DNA of 57,404 bases, counting the filler, from Sphacelaria rigidula (Eukaryota): NCBI GenBank assembly GCA_964200075.2. It is 8 parts of 8 records of this genome, joined end to end, with 100 filler letters (N's around TTAATTAATTAA, not from the genome) between each part and the next. Parts side by side here need not be neighbours in the genome. Positions count along the whole stretch, not along the records: positions 7,189 to 14,276 come from CAXNAA020016544.1; positions 14,377 to 21,464 come from CAXNAA020016545.1; positions 21,565 to 28,652 come from CAXNAA020016546.1; 5 more parts are not named here. One strand, 5' to 3'. The notes beneath the pieces were generated by a model. The model did no database searches. It saw only the letters and a list, made by a program, of their open reading frames with translations, and was not told the origin of the DNA. Numbering within the stretch: the first letter of the stretch is position 1; every line of letters starts with the position of its first letter. The position numbers were made by a program, and so were the translations under genes. Shown in pieces: positions 11,766 to 24,213 of this stretch.

Positions 11766-13516
11766 GTTCAGAGGTGCGGGTTCCCAGATCAACCATTCGT
11801 GTTTCCAGGAAAACGTTATATCGAGCGGTAGGCCCAGGGGAGAGTACTGATCGTATTGGTAGTTGAACAGTTCGCCTCTTCATAGGAACCGGTCGATATT
11901 GAGGATAAAATGGCTGACGGAAATAATACCAATAAATGGATAGCGTCTGACCCGTCTTCCTGGGCAAGTCACGTGTGTATACGGTTTGTCCGATTGAGTA
12001 GTCAGTACACATGTGTCATCCCCAAGCAAGTGGCACACGTGAATGACCACTACTGTGGCGATATACGAAAATAGTACATGTTTTCAGTCTTTCTTGATCA
12101 GTCTTTGCACTGTCAGGGTTTTACTGGTTCCCGTTGTTTGTGATATGTTGATTACGGGCTTGTTGTAGTTGCTGTTGTTGTCTTCACACTAAAAACCGTT
12201 CCGATATCTACGCAGTGCTGGGCATCTGATTGGGACGCCTTCTGTGGTCACAGGCTAACTACCCCAAGCTAGGGTGAAAGAAATTATGAAATAAAATAAA
12301 ATCCAGGAACAATTCACACAGACGCGACACAAGAGAAATAATTTGGATTACTCCCTGTTACTACACTATGCAGACACCCCTGTGCAGACACCAGCACGTG
12401 GCAAGGTAGTCGGAGGGGTCGCATGCCGGGACTTTTTAGTTTCCAGTAGGTCCCCTGTAATTCAATCGGCCCTTTTCAGATCTCCCGTAGCGTAGGTGCC
12501 TTTTTTTTCGTGTAGATGTGTTGATGTGTTTCCCGCCTTCGTCTGTTGGCTGTTTGGGCCATGGGTATGCATAATATGCTCCTTGCACGCTTTGATCACG
12601 GGTCCGAGGGATCGAGCTAATGTGACGGAAATAATAATGATGAAAATATAAATGAAAAACTGGCAGCGCCTCCTGCATATTTCGATGTCGTTCGTAGTAT
12701 CACATCGTCTCACCCGTGCCTCATGTTATTATCCGGTGCTGCAGGTGTTTCGTTTGAAGGCGTATGTCGCGGTAGAAGTGATCGAAGGCACACGCCACCC
12801 CTAAAGCATCGGAGCGTATAACTCTCACCCTTCCCTTCCCGGAAAATCGATCATCGGAAACAACACAGCGTGTTAGCCTTTTTTTAATGGTCCAAAACCG
12901 GTCAGGGGTTCTCCCGCATATTTTTATTGGCATGAAAAAGCTCAAGATCCACCTGTTCACGCAGTTAGACTTGCAGTTCCACTTGAAGAAAAATACTTGG
13001 GAGTGTACAGTAGGAGGAATCTGGCGTTTTACGGATCGGGAACGTAAAAGGAATCTGACGTTTTGCGGATCGGGAACGATTTGTCCCACTATGCAACTGC
13101 CAGCTGTCGGATTGTATCAGATTAATGAATCGAATCTTTGTACGTGGCGGGGTACTGATGGCTGACTGCTTGCTGGAGGGGATAGAAGGGGCAACTGTTT
13201 GCTTAGATTTCGAAGAAACCTACACAGGACAGGAGGCTACCTGCAGTTCAGCAGCAAACGCTACATACCTGCACCGCGGTCGAACTCTCTCGTGCTCGAA
13301 ACCCCGCTAATTGAAACCCCCGAAAAGATGCGCCGATGTCACGTAGACGAGGAGAACGGAAAGTCGGAATAAGTTGTCACACCGCGTATTGCCATGTGTG
13401 CAGCGGGGACATCGTAGACCCGTTTGTATTACCCCCCACCCCCCTTGTTTGTTTGTCGTGCCACTGGCGTTGTTCTGTATTTCCTTCCATGGCGACAGTA
13501 AACGCTTGGCGCACAG

Positions 13517-13635
13517 TGATTGATTGAGTGATAGATTGATTGATTATCTCACATTAGCTGATAAAAGCAATCCAGCCCGTGGTCAGGAGCACCAAAAATA
13601 GAACAGAATAATAAAGAGGAAAAAGAAAGACAGTG
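13517..13635 (-). repeat. LINE/SINE 3' end with (CAAT)n tail (related copy ~27880-27980, + strand)
   Basis: Reverse complement TGACCACGGGCTGGAT...GTGAGATAATCAATCAATC resembles TGACCACGGCTGGAT...CAATCAGTCAATCAGTC at ~27915-27975. Confidence 0.55.
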
Positions 13636-14608
13636 TGGGTCTACTTTCGAACACCGGTAAAGCCGAGTTGTGGAAAGTGACTGCGGGCTCCCTGATCGCA
13701 GTGCTGCCGTGCCTCACATCCCACGGTGCCTCATTTGTTTTTCATCGAGTCAGTCCGCACAACAAGGTCCTAGTAGCTCTCCAGTACAGACAGGAGTGGC
13801 CAGCGTACTGTGCCGACCACCAGCCTATGCCCTGCCACCAGTCCGAACCACTTTACACCGCACTTTATACCTGTACTGTCGTTGTACTGAGGACATGTTT
13901 TTTCACATGAACCCGCGGCTGCATCGACTAGGGTGGATGTGACATCGATATGCGACAAATTCCTTGACCGATTTTGGCGTTGGCGCAACCAGCTTCTTTT
14001 GTGCCCAGCCTAAACGCCTCGACCGCGAGGGTGGGTCATCTGGATGTCCCGCACTTGTTGAGAGAAATTTATGCTCATTAAACAGGTTGCCTGTGCTCGC
14101 AGCCAAGGGGTTGACGTTAACAATGAGAGGTCCATTCGTGATTCATTGAAATCAGTGCGGTCCTTGTATCATCCGAACATCCCCATTAACCCTCAGACCG
14201 TGTTGTGTGTGTGTGTGGCCATCGTCTATCTACTAGTACAGCCATATTTTTCTCGTTACTGTCCAGTGCATCAAACNNNNNNNNNNNNNNNNNNNNNNNN
14301 NNNNNNNNNNNNNNNNNNNNTTAATTAATTAANNNNNNNNNNNNNNNNNNNNNNNNNNNNNNNNNNNNNNNNNNNNCCGTTAGGAGCCCCTGAACTAGAC
14401 ATAATTTCGCGAAAAAAGTGCACCCCTACCGTAGCATTGCTCCACCGGTAGTTCGAACGCGCTTGCTTCCGATATTAAACGCTCATTCATACTGCTTGAC
14501 ATCGCTTTTACCCAAATAGAAGCGTACCGCGAGTGTGTCGGGTCGTCTGACGCACCCATGAGCCCAATATTTCGTGGAATCGAACACTCCCCCCCCCCCC
14601 GCATCGTG

Positions 14609-16900
14609 TCATGAGCCCTTACCGAATGTTTTCCCTACTGTGCTCAGTAGCGTTATCCCTCTATAGTTTCCTTGGTCAGGCTTGTCTCCTTTTTCGAAAA
14701 AATTGACGACTACTCCTTCTCTCCATCTCTTGGGTATGTACTTGTTCTCCCAGATCCAGTTATACAGCATAACCATCATGGTAATCATCCTCTCAACCGT
14801 ACTTGAGAAATTCATTCACTATTCCGTCTGTCCCTCCTGCCTGTATGTTCTCGAGTTTAGGTACGCACTCCTTTACTTCATCTCTAGTAAACTCTCCCTG
14901 CAATTCTTTCGAGCCTCTATCCTCCCGTTTCGACGTCTCTACATTTGCCTCTGCCCACGCGTTGATTTTTTTTCGAATTCATTGTCGAACTCCGTGGCTG
15001 TTTCTGGTGTTCCTAGTTTGCGGTAGTGCTCGAGTAGCTCTCCTCCCTTTTTCTTCATACTGCTGACCATTCACCGTTTCATGCCCGGAGTGCAGCTATC
15101 CCCTTGTCCATCTTTCCTGCCTATTTTTTTGTTATCCCTTTTATCCCTGCCCACATTTGTTTCATCCCGCCGTCGAAATCTTCATTTGTTTCATTCACTA
15201 CACCTTCCCAAACTTCCTTCTTTCTCTGCTGTACCATCTTTTTTACTTAACTTCCGAGCTTTACTTACTCCTCCTATCCTACTGTACTTTTGCTCGACAT
15301 CCATCTCGCGTGGGACCCTCTCCTTACTCTTATAGCCTCTTTTACTTCCTCATCCCACCAGTTTACTGCTATGTTGCATACGATCAGTTTACTCCCCACG
15401 ACTTTACTCGCTGTGTTCTTGACCAGCTACTCCCATCCTTCTACAGTCTTCGCTCCTGCCCGATTTCTTTCCATTTCGGTATCCACTGTACCCACGCGTT
15501 TCAACAGCTCGGAAACGTTCACTGCATTTTTGGCCGTCTGCTCTTGGAACTCTTGCCGTGTCTCTTCCATGTCTAGTCTGTCAATTCTCCATTTGTACAA
15601 CTTCCTACCCGGCTAATTTTCTTTTAGCTTTCGTCTGTTTGCTTTCTGTCTATATTATGCAATGATGTGTGGTTCCCACGTCCTCCGCGCATACATGTAC
15701 TTCCATTTCTTCACTATTTCTATCCTCTACCACTATGTAGTCAAGAACGGAGTTCTCTGTTCTTTTCCATTGCATTGCCTCGTCCATGTCCATTGTGCCT
15801 CTGGCTTTTGTGCTCTATCGTTCGGCGTCTTCATCTCGTTATGCTCGAGGAACTTGAGTATCTCTACCCCATTTGTGTTCTTCGTATCTTCCCCGTATTG
15901 CCCAATGATATCATCAGGTTGACCTGCTCTTCCTACCCTTGCATGAAAATCTCCCACTAACATTACTTCTCCTTGCATTTTATGCTTATGTAGGTCGGCT
16001 GTCATCTCTCCAAACCCCCGTTGTATATCGTTCACCCTACTGTTCGATTCTGGGGACATGTAGACGTTGCCTGCGAAGGAGTCCTCCGTTCCCCGCTCTC
16101 CTGGTACCCTGATCGATATACTTTCGTCGAATTTCGTCTCGTCGATCACTTTTATTCTGTCACACAGATTTTCCTTGACCAAGAATCCTATACCCCCCAC
16201 TCCCCTGCTCTTGGATCTCTGCCCCTTCCTCCCTTTCCCTATTCATGCGTACTCTTCAACTTTGCATCCTATTTCCGCCCCCTCGTTTTCCCGTGACTCT
16301 TGGGTTCCCACCATATGTAGGTCGTATTTACTCACTTGTTGCGCCATCTCTTCTCTTTTGCGCTTGTCTGTGACGAACCCACACACGTTTCATGATCTTA
16401 TTCTTAAGTTCCTTTCTGAATCATTATCTGCTCTCGTGTTATCTTCTATTCTCTGTCCGTCGCTTTTACTTTTAGTTTCACTCGCTTGGTTGTTATTCCC
16501 ATTTTTACGTTGGTTTTTGTCTATTTGCTTCGGGCCGCTATGTCCCCTCCCTTTCCCCTTCCAAACACTCACCTGTTCCTGCGTCTCTCCCCCTCCGTTC
16601 ACCCGTGGACTACGACCTAGGCTTGCTGTTCCATTGGCTATGCATACTCTCCACCCTCTTCTTCTAACCCATGCCGACACCTTACTCGTCTCTACCCTTT
16701 ACCACTCCTTGCTCGCTCTCTGTTTCAGCGTGACTCGGAAGTGTTCTGCATCCCTTTCTACTTTTCCTCTTGCCAAACACTATTGTCCAGCACCATTGCA
16801 TTTCCTCTTAAACTCTATTTTTGTCATATCGCTACGAACTCCGAATACCAGCAATGCTAGTACTTTACCCGTCCACTTTTGACGTCTCCATCCGCCCTCT
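14609..16900 (-). mobile_element. Decayed LINE: AP endonuclease, N-terminal RT and remnant of ORF1
   Basis: APE motifs S*NVCG, VGTQES, GGIGFLV, VMLVGDFHARVG, NTNGVEILKFL; RT start IPKRWREGVVVNFFEKGD...NYRGITLLSTVGK; truncated at ~14609. Confidence 0.88.
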
Positions 16901-17220
16901 TTACCGTCTCTCTTTCGATCTCTTTCGAGAGAATCTCCAGCTTGTTCGTTTCAATTGTATTGGTGGGATGTATTCAGCGTATGCACATCGCGTACGTCCG
17001 CACCCAGAAGCGAGGAAGGAGCAGAATCGGGCAGAGAAGAAAAGTTGCTACACGTGATTTAAAACAAGCACCGGACGAACACACACGGTCGGAACGGCCA
17101 CGGCACGATCAAGACAATAAATAAGAATGAAGAGGAAGAAGGAAAAGAGGGGTCGGGATAGGTGCAGGCTTGCTAGGAAAGCAGCGTGAGTAGCCGGGCG
17201 GGGTGGCAGAGTCGACGTTT

Positions 17221-20200
17221 ATCAAGGTAGCTACTTACAAAATCAGAACTCTCGCTGTGAAAGGAGCTGGCGAATGGGGTGAGACTACGGTAGGGCGTTT
17301 TGTATGAGACTAAATATGTCGGTTGTGGGACACCAGGAAACACGGAGGGCAGGACGAACAGATTGTACAGCAGCAGGGTTCAGAGTCCTCTGCGGTGGGA
17401 GCGAATCACGTGGTCAACTCGGTGTGGGACTAGCCATCAACGAGTCTAGTTGGAATATTTGCCACGTGTACGTTGGCGAGCGTCTCATGTCAATACGGTT
17501 TGAAGATCGAGGCAGAGCGGAGCGATCAATTTCGTAGCTGCTGCGTACGCACCGACCAAAGTCGCAAGGGACAAAACCAAACGAGCGTTTGGGGATGGGC
17601 TTAACGATCTCGTACAGCAGATCCTGCTGAAGGAGTGTGTGTATGCGTTGATGGACGCCAACACGAACCGGGAGCAACATAGGAGAGGCCCTTTAGGACG
17701 AAGGGATCCGAGGCGTCTATGGACGTGATGAGCTGAATGATAACGGCCACCTTCGGTTAAACTTCGCAACCGATAACAAACTAGCCATCTCGAACACCTT
17801 CATCAGCATGCGTGAACGCGGAATATTATACGAATACGACGGTGTCGCGGGGGATCGCCTGGGTGACTTCAAGCACATAGACTACATACTCACCCGGCAG
17901 GCACCGAGATAAAGTGAGCAACGTAGTCTTACACCCCCAACCCGCAGGTCCGGCCAACGCTGACTCGAATCACAACATGGTGATGGCCACTGTCGACCTT
18001 GGTGGCCGCCTGATCCCCAACCGTACCGTACGAATCGAATCGAAGTAGCGGCAACTCAGTAGACAGCAGCTGCTGTAGATCGAAATAGCACGGCGGTACG
18101 TGATCGAGAGGCTCCTGCACAACCTCGGCGAGCGAGCGCACCAGCCACCCACCACCGCACCAGCGACCGCGAAGGAGTTCACCTAATCTATCCTCGAAGT
18201 AGCGCAGACAGTACTCCCGGAAGAGACACGGGTACCGCGTGTGCTCTCTGATGTGAGAGCCCCCACACAAGAGCAGCGGTAGAGGCAGCGCTTGCCAACC
18301 GACGGGAGGCACGCCGACTGGTGAAGGACAGCCGAGCCCCAGCAACGTGGACAGCACACGAAGCTCTATCTAAGGGAGGACATACAGCGGTCGCGAAGGA
18401 GTTCACCTAATCTATCCTCGAAGTAGCGCAGACAGTACTCTCGGAAGAGACACAGATACCACGTATGCCGGAATGGTGTGAAAGCCCTGACACAAGAGCA
18501 GCAGTAGAGGCAGCGCTTGTCAACCGACGGGGGGCACACCGACTGGTGAAGGACAACCGAACCCCAGCAACATGAAAAGCACGCGAAGCCGCGTGTAAGG
18601 GAGCACATACAGCGATAGACGACGGCGTCCATGCACACCTGGAGAAGTATATGGCAGGACTAGAAGTGGTCTACAAGGATCGCGACCTGAGAGGCCTGTA
18701 CAAACACCTTAAGAGATCTGTGGGTCTTAGCGGGAGGTACACAGAGGGGCAGCAGTATACAGCATTCCTCACACCGCTCTCCGTACGCGGTCTAGAGATG
18801 TCTCTGCTCCCTCCCCGTCTCCTCGTCGAGGTGTACCATGTCCTTAACAATGTTGTCGTCCTCGCTGGATCAGACAAGAAGTATCTCGAGCGTCAGACAA
18901 AGAAATGTTGAACGGCAATGAAGACAGAACATATTCTTGTCGTAGTCCCTGTGGGGTCTAGAGCCACTCCGAGAGCTCCCCGTTGTCCGTACCGTCGTGG
19001 AATTGGCGCATAGCTGCTATCATCTGGCCCGGAATACCAGCTTAGGCCAGAACCTGCCACAGAAGCTCTCGGTTGACCGAATCATAGGCATTTCGGAGTT
19101 CGTTGAAGCACAGGTACAGCGGTATTCTCCGCCGTCGCCCCAGTTCCTGGAGTCGGCGCACTGCAAACAGCGTGCCGACAATGGATCGATCAGGTCGGAA
19201 GCCGCACTGTCCCTCCCGTAGTATGCGGTGGGCTTCGCAGTAGTCGCTGAGGTGATTGGCAACTCTTTTCAGGAGCATTTTTCCTGCGTACGAGACCAAC
19301 GAGATTCCCCTGTAGTTATTGCAGTTGGAGCGGTCCATTTCTTGTAGAGTATTTTGTTTGTTGCGCGTTTCAATTCCTGCGGGACCCCATTTCCGTTTCA
19401 TTCCTCGACGGGGATGGCATGGAAGCGTTTGAGAACGATGGGCCGTCGATCTTTGGTAGCTCTACAGGGAGGGAGTCGTGCCCCCGCGCTTTTCAGTCGT
19501 GCATCCCCCGGACTGCTCGTCAGGTCGCCTTGGTGCTGACGCGAGCGGTACCGAATCTCCTGTGGGTAATGCTGCCGGTCGCTGCTCTACCTCTTCGATG
19601 GCGGTTGGGTTGAGCGCGGGGGATGTGGTTATGAACAGGGTTCGGAAAAACCTCGGCTACCGTTTCAGGATTTCGATCTTGTCCCTCAGTACAACATCGT
19701 TCTCGTCCTTGACAAACTGCGATGCGGCGTCTCGAGGTTGTCGGACGGCCTGGCGAGAGTGATGGCCGGTATAGTGCACATGTTTTGGGGCCTTTGGACA
19801 GATGGTGTCGGAGAAGAAGACGGAGACCCTCCTGATGCGAGCACCAGAAAAACTACCACATACGACGATGCACACCCGCTGATACTTGCGACATTGCCAC
19901 AGCGTCTGTGTTCCCTCATGGCCGCGCGCATCATGATCCATATGCATATCGTGTGACATGAAGAGTCAGACGATCCGCAGCGGTTAAAAAGCCCACCCTA
20001 ACTTCAAATGAAGAGGTGCGCTGGGGGAGCTCCCAACTCCACCTCACCCGCCACTGGTCATCGGAGCAGTGGGTCAGAAGTACGCACTGACCGTGAAGTT
20101 CCGATACTCGGGCGGGCTCGTCAGCGAAGGTAGCGAACTCACACAAAAAACAACAACCGGAGAAGAGCAGCGTGCGTGTGCATCAGAAAGTTTTCCCGAG

Positions 20201-20700
20201 AGCAATTTGACCGACCGAATGCCCCGTGGAGACTCAAGGTCCGACGGCTGAAGGCGGGGGGGATGGACGTCCAATTGTACGGATGCACGAGGGGGGCTCC
20301 GCGCCGCGACCACTACAAGATGCTCAGAAAGATCCATTATCGGCTCTTACTGCGATTTATCGGGTAGGACCGCGTGCGTGGCACATACCGACAACTTCAT
20401 TACGTTTATGACTTCGTGGCATAAGGAAGATGACGATATCAGCCGAACATGTGCGCTTAAACAGGACGTCAACAAACCCAACGCAACAGTGACGATGGCT
20501 CAGAGGAGGGAGCGGGATAACCAGGGGAATAAGCGAAGAAAGTTTGATATTGAGGGTACCAATAGAGCCGGGGAGAGCAAGAGGGAGATGGCAGAACGTG
20601 TAGCCAGACATACACCGGGCTGAATATGGAGGAAGTGGCAGGAATCCTCACCATCACCCACCATGTCTTCCTTTTTCTCACTAATCCCCTTCCTTCCATT
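17221..20700 (+). mobile_element. Decayed RTE-clade LINE with inverted central RT segment (18757-19715)
   Basis: Plus strand: APE (VATYKIRTL, GHQETRR, GVGLAI, AYAPT, IDYILTR, SNHNMV). Minus strand: NYRGISLVSYAGK, QCGFRPDRS, AYDSVNR, GMLY. Plus strand again: SEKKTET, KFRYSGG, LKVRRLK...QLYGC. Confidence 0.9.
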
Positions 20701-21060
20701 GTACCCCTCCCCTGAGGTGGTGCGTTGTTCTGTGGTGTTTTCCCTGTTGTGCGTCGTATATTCGTAAAGATAACAGCCTCTTTGGAGGTACAAAGATAGA
20801 ACCATGCGGTTCATGTTTCTATAGTTGGTGATATCTGGTCCCTGAGTTTGGCTTTATTTCTGTTGGGCCTCGCATTTTGGGTGAGAACGTTAGGCTCTGC
20901 CTTCGGTAGGCCGACACATGCGACCATTCGGCTAGCCCCGAAAATCGTTTCATGGATTTTCCAAATGTGTCCCAACATTCCGTCCAGTTTGAAACTCCCC
21001 ACTAGAGGACCTTCGGCATTCGCAATCCTCTAGAGGGTTTTCAACATTGGGGTCTCCCTC

Positions 21061-21335
21061 GAGCAATGCTACGGTAGGGGTTACACTTTTTGGTTCTGAG
21101 GCTCTCCTCGTAGGCGCACGTGTATATGGGGCTTACTGTCTAACCCTAACCCTTTGGAGACCGGACTCCCAGAAACATGGTGTTTGCACGCGGGTGTCTT
21201 TTCTTAAAATATCATCAGTTTCAGTCTTTTAAAAAAGAAAATGATGCCGATCCTTAAAATGACCCATGCAACACCCCGAGCAGCCTCGAGAACCCTTTTG
21301 GCTCAAACATTGTAACCCCTATCGTAGCATCACTC
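21061..21335. mobile_element. MITE with GAGCAATGCTACGGTAGGGG-type TIRs
   Basis: Left TIR at 21061; right TGTAACCCCTATCGTAGCATCACTC at ~21311-21335. The same TIR recurs at 21344, 14413-14442 and ~44802-44832/45033-45058. Confidence 0.65.
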
Positions 21336-21699
21336 CCTTGAGAGAGCAATGCTACGATGGGGGTTGCACTTTTCTTGCACAATATTGTGACGGTTAGGAC
21401 AAATCATCACGACTCAAAATCACCAAATTCACGATTTCTTCGGCCTGATTGCCCAACAGGGAAANNNNNNNNNNNNNNNNNNNNNNNNNNNNNNNNNNNN
21501 NNNNNNNNTTAATTAATTAANNNNNNNNNNNNNNNNNNNNNNNNNNNNNNNNNNNNNNNNNNNNATTCGATAAAATCGTCTGACGTTCACGGTGGTGTCC
21601 AGACTGCAGGGTATACCGCTGACCAAGTGAAGGAGCTAATGCACTGTACATAACTCTACTCTTTAGTGCTGCTCTTATACGAAAAAAATGATAAAACTG

Positions 21700-21975
21700 T
21701 CTGCCGCTCACGTGGGACAATGCTTGAGCTCTCCTCTCTCAGTAAAACACTGGATTGCTGTGCACGGGTGCGATGTGTCGGATTGGTTGTACACATAATA
21801 CTGGGTTTTCAAATTCAATGGGTATTGATTCAACTTGACCGTTTACCCCGGAACATCTTTCGACCTGCGTTTGCAGGTTGATCGAAAAGGGTGACTGTTT
21901 TCTCCTGTTCAGTCCGTGTGTTTGATGTACATTACTGTTCCGACAAGGATCACACGCTTACTTGATTCCAGTATC
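21700..21975 (+). repeat. Dispersed repeat (second copy ~25715-25955)
   Basis: Shared CTCTCTC.GTAAAAC.CTGGATTGCTGTGCACGGGTGC...GGTTTTCAAATTC...CTTGACCGTT...TGTTCCGA.AAGGATCA. Confidence 0.75.
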
Positions 21976-22867
21976 AAGTGGGGGATCATCCAATGTATTT
22001 AGCCTAATAATACATTTGACGATAATAATAATTAATGGTGAGCCACGGCTGACGCACATGTCAGCACCGCCGTAGGTACCAACGCCACGGTTCTCGCACG
22101 CGTGGTGGTTTGAACAAAATTGCGAGAAGCGAAAACGACGTCAACCATAACTAACAAGTACAAAGTATACGCGAATATGGGCTTCCATTCCAAGGCCAAC
22201 GTGATGAGCGTTAGACACGCGGCCATTTGGCTATCCCCAAAATTCCTCTAGGGCAGTAAACGTTTCGAGCCTCAAGAGGGACTAAGCGCCTCCGGAGGGG
22301 TGCGCGGCCCTTCAGGCCGCTAGTGTTCGGTTTCCTCCAGCGGGATTGAAGGCCTCCGGAGGCTTGTTTTGCCTCTGCAGGGCCGCGCATCCCTCCGGAG
22401 GCATTTTGGGGGGTAGCCGAATGGGTGCGTGTGTAGGGGTGCTAAATGCGGGGGGGGGTTGCTAGCCTCCGAAAAATGTCCGGGCTGTTTGGCGACACTT
22501 GACTGACCATCCTGAACCATCGCCCCTTTTCCTTCGTTTCTTGCGATACACTTGATTTATACTACATCCTTGACAGGGAGAAATCGTGCGTCAAGGTAAA
22601 CGCTATTCCTATTCAGACGCCACATACACCTCCGCACCACTGAGATATCCGGGGTTGATCCTTATTCCCATGTGCTTTTCAAGCCGACCCTCGGAAGCTG
22701 CAGAAGAAGTAATAGGTCATTGTCCGATTTTCTTGCTGAGCGCGGGACGTGCCCTAGAAAGGGCTATAATCCAGTGGATGCATTTGGGCTCGAAGCACGC
22801 AACTCAAAAATAGCGAACACGCTCCGGCCTTGTAGTTGGTGTAAAAATAATATCAAGAGTCCACGGT

Positions 22868-23105
22868 TGGGACGAATCATCACGACTACGAATAACCAAA
22901 TCCACGATTTCTTCGGCCTGATTGCCCAAAAGGGAGAAAAACGTTGACCGCTGGTCCAAGGGGTATCCAAGCAACTTTTGCGCCATCCAACGTGTCTGGG
23001 CTGCGTGTACCTGGGTTTCAACGCTGAAAACAAAGCCTAGGGATTGATTCGTACGATTCGAATATATTATACTAGAACCAAGTAATTTCCAGAATAATCA
23101 TTGAT
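22868..23105 (+). repeat. Dispersed repeat (copies ~21396-21464 and ~37435-37630)
   Basis: Shared CACGATTTCTTCGGCCTGATTGCCCAA, GTTGACCGCTGG, CAACGCTGAAAACAAA and CAAGTAATTTCCAGA. Confidence 0.7.
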
Positions 23106-23971
23106 TTGTCTGACCCTTGCATGAGTCGTTCGTTTGTTATTTGCCTCCAAGGAGGGTGTTAGGGTCAATACTTCTCTTGTGTGCGTTCGTCGAGAAGGGG
23201 CATACTCAAAAGTACACACTCTACTCGACCTGCCCTTGAACTCACTCTAACGTCCGTGAAGCAGAAAAATTACATGAGCACCCGGGTGCATCATCGACAC
23301 CTTTGCAACCTAGTATTATGGCAAAAATACTTGTGGCTGGTCAGTGCCGCATGACCACCCCGATCGTGATGGCATGGACCACACTTTCCAGATCAACCAA
23401 CGCAGAGTACAGGAGTTCAGTAACATGGTGCTGTACTCTCTGAGGGTCCTTTTCATCGATCGGGATTTCCCCCCTTTTTTTCGAAATCCTCTTTCTTTAA
23501 AAACGATCGCTGATTGGTCGGAGGCATTTTGGGGGCAACCAAATGTCCGCATGTGCCTCAAGGGGGTCCAAAAAATAGAAGGGTACAGTACATGGATGTG
23601 CGGCATTTTGTTTCCTCGTGCACCCCTGCATCGATCATGATTATTAGTGTTCAATAAAGTTAAATCAACCCTTTTTCGAGATTGTTCATACGAAAAACGA
23701 TCGCTGAGTGGTCGCTGCGATACCACCCGCCCCCCAGAAAAACCCCCGAAACGTGCCCAGGAATTACTTCTTTAGAAAAGACTTCAGGAGGCGCAGAAAA
23801 AGCACTTCTTGAAATCCTCTCTTGAAGAGGGATTTGCGGACACCTGGACACCTTGACGGGGAACATACATGTCTGGTTGACAGGGGCGCACGCGCAAAGG
23901 CGTACAACACAACCCAGCACAATCAGAGCTATTCCGAGGAATAACAACACGATTTAGTTTGTTCTACATAA

Positions 23972-24087
23972 AAAGAAACTCCTGTGTTGACCGTCCTCCT
24001 GTGTGACCCCGGCTGATGCGCCCACTTATCCCGAAAGGTGTAGACCGGCGTCCAGAATAGATGGGACAACAACACACAAACACACAA
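23972..24087 (+). mobile_element. 3' part of tRNA-derived SINE family 1
   Basis: Same core as 38443-38785, with (CAA/CA)n tail. Confidence 0.8.
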
Positions 24088-24213
24088 CGTATATGCAGAC
24101 GGTAAAGTTTGTCCGTTCAAGGCTTCGAAAACCACAACGCTGCTATCACCACATCTTTTTGTATTGAAGATTGCTTTCCATCGGAAGCGATGATGAAATC
24201 ATAACCACAGGTC

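Noticed and set aside
16067-16882. 271-aa hydrophobic plus-strand ORF
   Set aside because: Antisense shadow of the purine-rich LINE coding strand.
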